From Hyphomicrobiales bacterium (GTDB lineage: Bacteria; Pseudomonadota; Alphaproteobacteria; Rhizobiales; Beijerinckiaceae): DNA of 64,000 bases. The notes under the pieces were generated by a model. It made no database searches, had not been told where the DNA came from, and was given only the letters and a program-made list of their open reading frames with translations. The translations under genes were made by a program, and so were the position numbers. The DNA lies in the NCBI GenBank assembly GCA_947455455.1, contig CANGOE010000001.1:38700-102699 (forward strand), read 5' to 3'. Below are positions 57,808-64,000 of this stretch, piece after piece; position 1 is the stretch's first letter; each line of letters begins with the position of its first letter.

Positions 57808-58875
57808 TCAGATCCAGCCCATCAATTCGCGCCGCATCACGGCTTCGATCACGCTCAGGCCTTCGGGCGAGGCGTTCAGGCATGGAATATAGCTGAACTG
57901 CTCGCCGCCATTATGCATGAAAATCTCGCGGTTTTCGCCGTCGAGCTCCTCCAGTGTTTCCAAGCAATCGGAGGAGAAGCCCGGCGCGATGATCGCCATG
58001 CGCTTGATGCCTTTTTTGGCCAAGGCCTCGACGGTCTTGTCGGTATAGGGCTGTAACCATTCCTCAGGCCCGAAACGGGATTGGAAGCTGATCATCATCT
58101 GGTCGGGTGTCTTGCCCAGGGTCTCGCGCAACAAGCGCCAGGTTTTGTAGCAATGGCAATGATAGGGATCGCCCAGCATCAGATAGCGTTTCGGCACACC
58201 GTGGAACGAGGTGAGGATCACCTCGGGCTCGAAATCCAGTGTCGCCAGATGGTTGCGGATCGAGGCGGCCAAGGCATCGATATAGGCCGGTTCGTCATGA
58301 TAGGGCGGCGAAATACGGATGGTCGGTTGCCAGCGCATTTTCATCAGCACTTCAAAGGTCTTGTCGCAAGCGGTTGCGGAGGTGGCGGCCGCATATTGCG
58401 GATAGAGCGGGATCACAAGGATCCGGTCACAGCCCTGAGCCTGCAAAGCCTCCATCCGTGACTGGATGGACGGGTTGCCATAGCGCATCGCCCAATCGAC
58501 GATGATGCGGTCGTCAAGCTCTTTGGCCACTTCGCTCATGCCCTTGGCCTGATCGCGCGTGATGGTTTTGAGGAAGGACTCATTCAACTCGTTGTTCCAG
58601 ATCGAGGCGTAATCCTTGCCCTTTTTCTGCGGACGCAGGGACAGGATGATCAGGTTCAGGATCGGCCACCACAAAATGCGCGGTGTGTCGATCACACGGC
58701 GATCGGAGAGAAATTCTTTCAGATAGCGGCGCATCGGCCAATAATCTGTTCCATCGGGGGTGCCCAGATTGGTCAGCAACACACCGATCTTGCCTTGGCG
58801 CACTTCGGGATGCCCCGATGGGAGAGGGCCCACCGCGCGATTGGCGGCAATGCGGGGGTCGGGTTGGGTGGCCAT
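57808..58875 (-). CDS. hemH: ferrochelatase
   Basis: GVLLTNLGTPD...YLKEFLSDRRVI, SFHGVP and QSRFGPEEWLQPYT motifs. ATG at 58875 (MATQPD); the longest ORF extends to 58890. Confidence 0.9.
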   Translation of the reverse strand: MATQPDPRIAANRAVGPLPSGHPEVRQGKIGVLLTNLGTPDGTDYWPMRRYLKEFLSDRRVIDTPRILWWPILNLIILSLRPQKKGKDYASIWNNELNESFLKTITRDQAKGMSEVAKELDDRIIVDWAMRYGNPSIQSRMEALQAQGCDRILVIPLYPQYAAATSATACDKTFEVLMKMRWQPTIRISPPYHDEPAYIDALAASIRNHLATLDFEPEVILTSFHGVPKRYLMLGDPYHCHCYKTWRLLRETLGKTPDQMMISFQSRFGPEEWLQPYTDKTVEALAKKGIKRMAIIAPGFSSDCLETLEELDGENREIFMHNGGEQFSYIPCLNASPEGLSVIEAVMRRELMGWI

Positions 58876-58958
58876 GGGAAAACCTTTCATACGCGTCGTT
58901 TTTGTCTCGTCTTCATACGGTCTAAACAGAGTTTGGATTTTTAGCCACTGCAGAGTCG

Positions 58959-59756
58959 TTACAGCAAAGAGGACCGCACACTATTGGCGGCCTGGACCAG
59001 TGCAAGCCGCATGGTCGTGCACATCGTTTCCTCGCTGACCCGCGAGGCCTGTGTGCTGACATTGATGGCCGCCACAATATGGCCGGTCGCATTGGTCACC
59101 GGGACGGCAATCGAGCGCAGGCCGAGCTCCAGCTCCTCGTCCACATAGGCATAGCCTTGCCGTCCGGCCTGTTGGAACACACCCAACAAGGCCTGCGGAT
59201 CGATCACGGTTTTGGGGGTCAGGGGCTTCAAAGTGCTGGCCGCCAGAATGGCCTGTTGGCGCTCCGGCGGTTCATGGGCCAACAAAGCGCGGCCCAGCGA
59301 GGTGCAATAAGCGGGCAATCGGGAACCGACCGCCAAGCCGACCGACATGATGCGCTTGGTGGCCGAACGGGCCACATAGACAATATCGGGACCATCCAGA
59401 ATCGCCGCCGAACAGCTTTCGCTCAACTGCTCGCTGACCATTTCCAGCGCCGGAAGGATCACCCTCGGCAACGGGGTCGAGGACAGATAGGCATAGCCGA
59501 GCGACAGGACTTTGGGGGTCAGACGGAACTGCCGCCCGTCATCGGCGACATAGCCGAGATGACCGAGCGTGAACAAGGACCGGCGCACCGTGGCCCTTGG
59601 CAGATCGGTGAGCTTGGCAATATCGGCCAGCGTCATGGTTTCGCGCCCCTCGCCGAAGGCACGGATCACCCGCAAGCCCCGCGCAAAGGCTTCGACATAG
59701 GAGGGATCACGCTCGCCGGTGTTCGTCTCTGGGGGTGGGGTCATCGGGGCACTCAT
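58959..59756 (-). CDS. pcaR: IclR-family transcriptional regulator (PcaR/PcaU-like)
   Basis: N-terminal wHTH (FARGLRVIRAFGEGRETMTLADIAKLTDLPRATVRRSLFTL) and a C-terminal IclR effector domain. Divergent from pcaIJ. Confidence 0.85.
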   Translation of the reverse strand: MSAPMTPPPETNTGERDPSYVEAFARGLRVIRAFGEGRETMTLADIAKLTDLPRATVRRSLFTLGHLGYVADDGRQFRLTPKVLSLGYAYLSSTPLPRVILPALEMVSEQLSESCSAAILDGPDIVYVARSATKRIMSVGLAVGSRLPAYCTSLGRALLAHEPPERQQAILAASTLKPLTPKTVIDPQALLGVFQQAGRQGYAYVDEELELGLRSIAVPVTNATGHIVAAINVSTQASRVSEETMCTTMRLALVQAANSVRSSLL

Positions 59757-59879
59757 TGAAGCACGATCGGTTCAGTTTGGTCTTGGTTCGGAAGATCACG
59801 GTAACTTGTCAGCAAGCACTTGCCTGTGCGGTCCTCGATGGACGACCGCTTGACGGATAGGTCAGAACAGCGCAAAATC

Positions 59880-59914
59880 GTTCGCACTACGAATTAATGT
59901 TCACTATACGAACA
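59880..59914. promoter_or_regulatory. candidate PcaR (IclR-type) operator: two related 14-mers 19 bp apart in the pcaR-pcaI spacer
   Basis: GTTCGCACTACGAA (59880-59893) and GTTCACTATACGAA (59899-59912). Each has inverted GTTC/GAAC-like ends (TTCG-N5-CGAA; TGTTC-N7-GAACA) and sits in an AT-rich patch ~95 nt upstream of pcaI. Confidence 0.45.
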
Positions 59915-60007
59915 TAATATCCTGCTTTTGTCAAGCCCTCGCCACCAGAGGTTCCAGTCCTTTTTGGTGGGGTGCGGTGACAAAGCGGAGCTTTGGGAGG
60001 TCGTCTG

Positions 60008-60874
60008 ATGGCTGAATTCATGTCGTTGCGGGATGCGGTGGCCCATTGCGTCCATGACGGGGACCGGGTGGCGATGGAAGGGTTTACCCATCTCATCCCC
60101 CATGCGGCAGGGCATGAGGTGATCCGGCAACAGCGCAGGCATCTCACTCTGGTGCGGATGACGCCCGATATCATCTATGACCAGTTGATCGGCATGGGCT
60201 GTGCCGACAAGCTGGTTTTCTCGTGGGGCGGCAATCCCGGTGTCGGCTCGTTGCACCGGTTCAGGGATGCGGTGGAAAACAAGTGGCCGCAACCTCTGGA
60301 GATCGAGGAACATTCCCACGCCGCCATGGCCAATGCCTATGAGGCGGGTGCCGCCAATCTGCCCTTTGCGATGATGCGCGGCTATCTGGGGGCCGATCTG
60401 CAACTGGTCAATCCGAATATCCGCTCTGTGACCTGTCCGTTTACCGGCGAGGTTCTGGCGGCAATGCCGGCGATCCGGCCCGATGTGGCCATCATCCATG
60501 CCCTGCGGGCCGATCGCGAGGGCAATGTGTTGCTGGAAGGGATTACAGGCGTTCAGAAGGAGGCGGTTCTGGCCTCCAGGCGGGCGATTGTCACGGTAGA
60601 GGAAGTGGTCGACGATTTTGGTCCGACCTATCGCAACACGGTGATCCTGCCCTCATGGACCATCACCGCCGTGTGTGTGGTGCCCGGCGGCGCGCATCCG
60701 TCCTATGCGCAGGGCTATTACAGCCGCGACAACAGCTTCTATATCGCATGGGATGCCATTTCGCGGGACCGCGACAGCTTTCTGGCATGGATGACCCGCC
60801 ATGTGCTCGAACAGGGACCGGAGGCCTTTGCCGTCCACGCCTGTTCTGCCAAAACCCTTTCAGCGCAGTCGTGA
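60008..60874 (+). CDS. pcaI: 3-oxoadipate:succinyl-CoA transferase subunit A (glutaconate-CoA-transferase-like type)
   Basis: CoA_trans-family sequence. The ATG at 60008 is preceded by GGGAGG at 7-nt spacing. The assignment rests on the pcaR/pcaB/pcaD context. Confidence 0.78.
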   Translation: MAEFMSLRDAVAHCVHDGDRVAMEGFTHLIPHAAGHEVIRQQRRHLTLVRMTPDIIYDQLIGMGCADKLVFSWGGNPGVGSLHRFRDAVENKWPQPLEIEEHSHAAMANAYEAGAANLPFAMMRGYLGADLQLVNPNIRSVTCPFTGEVLAAMPAIRPDVAIIHALRADREGNVLLEGITGVQKEAVLASRRAIVTVEEVVDDFGPTYRNTVILPSWTITAVCVVPGGAHPSYAQGYYSRDNSFYIAWDAISRDRDSFLAWMTRHVLEQGPEAFAVHACSAKTLSAQS

Positions 60875-60884
60875 GGAGCTGATC

Positions 60885-61667
60885 ATGTCCGCCACAGCCA
60901 TGCCCTATACCTCTACCGAAATGATGACGATTGCCGCCGCGCGCGCTTTGCGCAACGAGGATGTCTGCTTTGTCGGCATTGGCGCGCCGTCCGCCGCCTG
61001 CAATCTGGCCCGATTGACCCACGCGCCCAACATCACCCTGATCTATGAAAGCGGCACCATCGCCACCCGCCCGACCGTGTTGCCCTTGTCGATCGGCGAT
61101 GGCGAATTATGCGATACCGCCTTGACCACCGTCTCGGTGCCGGAAATGTTCCGCTATTGGTTGCAGGGCGGGCGGATTAGCGTGGGTTTTCTGGGCGGTG
61201 CGCAGATCGACCGTTTCGCCAATCTCAACACAACGGTTGTCGGGCCTTATGATGCGCCCAAGGTGCGCTTGCCCGGCGGGGGTGGTGCGCCTGAAATTGC
61301 ATCCAACTGCCAGGAAATTTTCATCATCATGGCGCAATCAAAACGCGCCTTTGTCGACAGGCTCGATTTCATCACCTCGATGGGGCATGGCCGCACCGGA
61401 CGCGAGCGGCGGGCGCTGGGCATCAAGACCAAAGGACCGACCCGGCTGATCACCGACATGGCCATTTATACTCCCGATCCCGAGACCTGCGAAATGAGCG
61501 TTGTCTCGATCCATCCCGGCATCACCCGCCAGCAGATTGCGGACAGTCTGGGTTGGCCTGTGCATTTTGCAAAAGAGGTGAATGAAACACCCTTGCCGAG
61601 CGCCGAGGAATTGGAGGTGCTTCGTGATATCCAGGAGCGCACCAGACAGGCGCATCAGGGGCATTGA
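60885..61667 (+). CDS. pcaJ: 3-oxoadipate:succinyl-CoA transferase subunit B
   Basis: CoA_trans subunit-B-like sequence (YESGT). The ATG at 60885 is preceded by GAGGAG. The longest ORF starts at 60801 and overlaps pcaI. Confidence 0.78.
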   Translation: MSATAMPYTSTEMMTIAAARALRNEDVCFVGIGAPSAACNLARLTHAPNITLIYESGTIATRPTVLPLSIGDGELCDTALTTVSVPEMFRYWLQGGRISVGFLGGAQIDRFANLNTTVVGPYDAPKVRLPGGGGAPEIASNCQEIFIIMAQSKRAFVDRLDFITSMGHGRTGRERRALGIKTKGPTRLITDMAIYTPDPETCEMSVVSIHPGITRQQIADSLGWPVHFAKEVNETPLPSAEELEVLRDIQERTRQAHQGH

Positions 61668-61766
61668 TCGGGCAAAGGCCCGCCCCGCCGCTGTGGCAGG
61701 GCGCTGACCGTGTTATAAGAAACGGGAATCGGCGGGACAGTAGACGAGCAGGATGAAGGAACGGGC

Positions 61767-63140
61767 ATGAGCTTTTCGGCACTGGATTCAACCTTGAGCG
61801 GACCGCTGTTCGTGCCCCCATCCATGGTGGAGATCTGGTCCGACCAGTCCCGTCTGGCCGCCATGCTGAAGGTGGAATGGGCCTTGGCCATGGCGCAGAC
61901 CCAGCACGGCCTGTGTCCGCCGGGCGTGGCCGAGGCTGTGGCCGCACTGGACACACGGGATTTCGATCTGGCGGCTTTGGGGCAGGCGACGGCCTTGTCC
62001 GGTGTGCCGACCATTCCCTTCATCAATGCCCTGCGCAAGAGACTGCCCCCCGAATGTGAGCCCTATGTGCACAAAGGGGCCACCACACAGGATGTGATGG
62101 ATACCGCATTGATGATGCAGGTCCAGCAAGCCATGGAGCTTGTCTTGCCGCTGGCTGTCGAGGTGCTGGCCGCGCTGTCGGCACTTGCGGCACGCCATGC
62201 CCATACGCCGTGTGTGGGACGCTCTTACGGTCAGCATGCCGTGCCCGTCAGTTTCGGTTGCAAGGTCGCCATCTGGCTGTCGGGGCTGTGCGATGCATTG
62301 GCGCCGTGGCCTGCTTTGGCCCCGACCATTCTCAAGGCTTCGCTGGCGGGCCCTGTCGGGACGCTGTCGGGCCGCTCGCCGGCCCATGGCAAGGCGGCGC
62401 AGGAATTTGCACGGCTGGTTGGCCTGTCGTTCGATCCGGTGCCATGGCATGTGCGCCGCAGTCCGGTGGTGTCACTGGCCGGATTTGTAACCCAGCTTCT
62501 TGGGGCCTTGGCCAAGATGGCGGGCGATATTGTCAATCTTGCCTCGACCGAGGTGGGGGAAGTGTCCGAACCCTTTATCGCCGGACGCGGTGGCTCCTCG
62601 GCCATGCCCCACAAACGCAATCCGGTGGGGGCCACGGTGATTCTTGCCGCCTTTCAGGCCGCCCAAGGGTTGAACCAGACCATGCAGGCCTCGTTGCTTG
62701 CCTCGCATGAGCGGCCCGCAGGAGCATGGCATGCCGAATGGCACGCGCTTCCGCAATTATTGGGGCTGGCCGCCGGTGCCTTGCATGAAGCCAGACAATT
62801 GTCCGAGGGACTGGACGTCGATGCACGGCGCATGGCTGTCAATCTCGAACAGACCCATGGCCTGATCTATGCCGATGCCGTGGCTTCCGCTTTGGCCGCC
62901 GATCTCGGAGCCAGCCGCGCCCATCATCTGATCGAGCAGGCGGCAGGCACGGTCCGCCAGACCGGACAGCATTTGCTGGAGGTGATCAGCGCTTCCCCCG
63001 ATCTGCCTGCCGGATTGCGGGGCGAGCGGCTGAAAGCCCTGTTCGACCCCACACCGGCCGTGCAGGCGGCCTCCATGATCGTTCCGGCCGCACGGGCGCA
63101 AGCCATGCAAGTCATGGCCGCTCTCCACAAAAAAGGATAA
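61767..63140 (+). CDS. pcaB: 3-carboxy-cis,cis-muconate cycloisomerase
   Basis: Fumarase/lyase class-II fold with the GSSAMPHKRNP signature, 457 aa, within the pca context. Confidence 0.88.
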   Translation: MSFSALDSTLSGPLFVPPSMVEIWSDQSRLAAMLKVEWALAMAQTQHGLCPPGVAEAVAALDTRDFDLAALGQATALSGVPTIPFINALRKRLPPECEPYVHKGATTQDVMDTALMMQVQQAMELVLPLAVEVLAALSALAARHAHTPCVGRSYGQHAVPVSFGCKVAIWLSGLCDALAPWPALAPTILKASLAGPVGTLSGRSPAHGKAAQEFARLVGLSFDPVPWHVRRSPVVSLAGFVTQLLGALAKMAGDIVNLASTEVGEVSEPFIAGRGGSSAMPHKRNPVGATVILAAFQAAQGLNQTMQASLLASHERPAGAWHAEWHALPQLLGLAAGALHEARQLSEGLDVDARRMAVNLEQTHGLIYADAVASALAADLGASRAHHLIEQAAGTVRQTGQHLLEVISASPDLPAGLRGERLKALFDPTPAVQAASMIVPAARAQAMQVMAALHKKG

Positions 63141-63143
63141 ACC

Positions 63144-64000
63144 ATGCCTTTGATTGCCGTGAATGGCGTGAGCCTCTTTTATGATCTGGCAGGGCCGGAA
63201 GGCGCGCCGGTGGTGGTGTTTTCGAATTCGCTCGGCACCAGTGCGGAAATGTGGGACGCACAGGCCCGTGCGTTGGCAGGGCGATGCCGCGTCTTGCGTT
63301 ACGACACCCGTGGCCATGGACGCTCCTCGACGGCGGGGCCGGTCACCATCAAATTGCTGGCCGATGATCTGGCCGGGTTGCTGGATGCGCTGTCGATTTC
63401 ATCGGCCCATGTGGTCGGACTGTCCTTGGGCGGCATGACAGCGCAGGCCTTGGCCATTCATTATCCCGCCAAATTGCGCTCGCTGGTCTTGATGGCCACC
63501 GATGCCTATCTGCCACCGCAAGACGGCTGGCAGGCCCGTGCCAAGACAGTGCGTGAACAGGGTTTGGGTGCAATTGTCGATGCCGCGATGGGGCGGTGGT
63601 TTACGCCCGAAAGTGCTGTGACATGCCCTGAGAAAGTGGCCTTTGCCCGTTCGCGCTTTGTCAGCGGTGATGCCGAAGGGTATGCGCTGTGCTGTGAGGC
63701 GATCGGTGCAATGGATTTGCGCCCGCATCTGGCAGGGATCAAACAGACCTGTCTGGTTGTCGCAGGCCGTCATGATCCGGTGACGACACCCGAGATGTGC
63801 GAAGCGCTGAGTGCGGCGATTGCCGGATCCACCTTCCGTATCGTCGAAGGGGCTTCGCATCTGATTGCCATGGAACAGCCCAAGGCGGTCAATGATCTGC
63901 TGGTCGATTGGTTGGAGCATCACGGGGCCTTGTTGCCCGCGCCCCCGCGCGGTGCTTTCGAGGCCGGTCTCGCCAATCGCAAGGCGGTGTTGGGCATCGA
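63144..64000 (+). CDS. pcaD: 3-oxoadipate enol-lactonase, apparently fused to 4-carboxymuconolactone decarboxylase (PcaL-like); 3' partial at the window edge
   Basis: My own translation from the ATG at 63144 (not in the ORF track because no stop is reached). It shows an alpha/beta-hydrolase (VVFSNSLGTS, GLSLGG nucleophile elbow, GASHL). After ...LVDWLEHH it continues without a stop into PPRGAFEAGLANRKAVLGI, which resembles the PcaC N-terminus. Confidence 0.85.
   Translation, partial: MPLIAVNGVSLFYDLAGPEGAPVVVFSNSLGTSAEMWDAQARALAGRCRVLRYDTRGHGRSSTAGPVTIKLLADDLAGLLDALSISSAHVVGLSLGGMTAQALAIHYPAKLRSLVLMATDAYLPPQDGWQARAKTVREQGLGAIVDAAMGRWFTPESAVTCPEKVAFARSRFVSGDAEGYALCCEAIGAMDLRPHLAGIKQTCLVVAGRHDPVTTPEMCEALSAAIAGSTFRIVEGASHLIAMEQPKAVNDLLVDWLEHHGALLPAPPRGAFEAGLANRKAVLGI

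Noticed and set aside
1-64000. A scan of the whole window for CRISPR arrays, tandem or dispersed long repeats, IS elements or transposases, integrases, tRNA or rRNA genes, and defence or toxin-antitoxin modules.
   Set aside because: I recognised none by eye. There are no regularly spaced direct repeats, no tRNA T-arm/acceptor signatures in the spacers, and no DDE, tyrosine-recombinase or phage-like translations. A by-eye scan cannot exclude short or degenerate elements.

Overview
This 64-kb window is gene-dense, roughly 60% GC by eye, and looks like core chromosome of an alphaproteobacterium. That placement is an inference from gene content: a HisN-type histidinol phosphatase, a ~500-aa HisS with hisZ/hisG, an IclR-type pcaR next to pcaIJ-pcaB-pcaD/C, and frequent ATGA-coupled operons.

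I can support 49 protein-coding genes, nearly all in central or peripheral metabolism:
- Malonyl-CoA decarboxylase (5' partial) and an ABC-F ATPase.
- An M20D amidohydrolase divergent from a 5-gene peptide-type ABC importer.
- A valine-catabolic operon (mmsA, acyl-CoA dehydrogenase, mmsB) followed by a polytopic membrane protein.
- An L-fucose oxidative trio (aldo-keto reductase, FucU, COG3618 lactonase), then transaldolase.
- A lysine/pipecolate-to-glutaryl-CoA block (ALDH7-type dehydrogenase, gcdH, DAO-type flavoenzyme, an unassigned ThDP enzyme, a LysE exporter).
- A divergent FAH/UxaA-GarD pair.
- An M20 carbamoylase-type amidase tight behind copA, and hyi.
- hisZ-hisG, a META-domain lipoprotein, an SbmA/BacA-type fused ABC transporter, an OYE flavin reductase, and hisS.
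- An omega-transaminase, a ToxR/CadC-like membrane regulator, an N-formylglutamate-amidohydrolase-family protein, hisN, and a threonine aldolase.
- gltBD, a lytic transglycosylase, galU, a KpsF/GutQ isomerase, hemH, and the pca (beta-ketoadipate) cluster, which runs off the right edge.

I saw no rRNA, tRNA, CRISPR array, transposase, integrase, prophage gene, or recognisable defence or toxin-antitoxin gene. I cannot substantiate a discrete novel multi-gene system here.

The most interesting leads are:
1. An orphan minus-strand terminator plus a TATAAT box that define a ~140-nt candidate sRNA with a CCUCCC stretch (45442-45596).
2. A ~700-bp coding-poor island holding one RBS-preceded 63-codon ORF directly upstream of the SbmA/BacA-type ABC gene.
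3. An unassigned ThDP enzyme embedded in the lysine-to-glutaryl-CoA cluster.
4. A PcaD-PcaC (PcaL-like) fusion at the window edge.

All functional calls rest on motif and family recognition of the supplied translations. No database search was possible.
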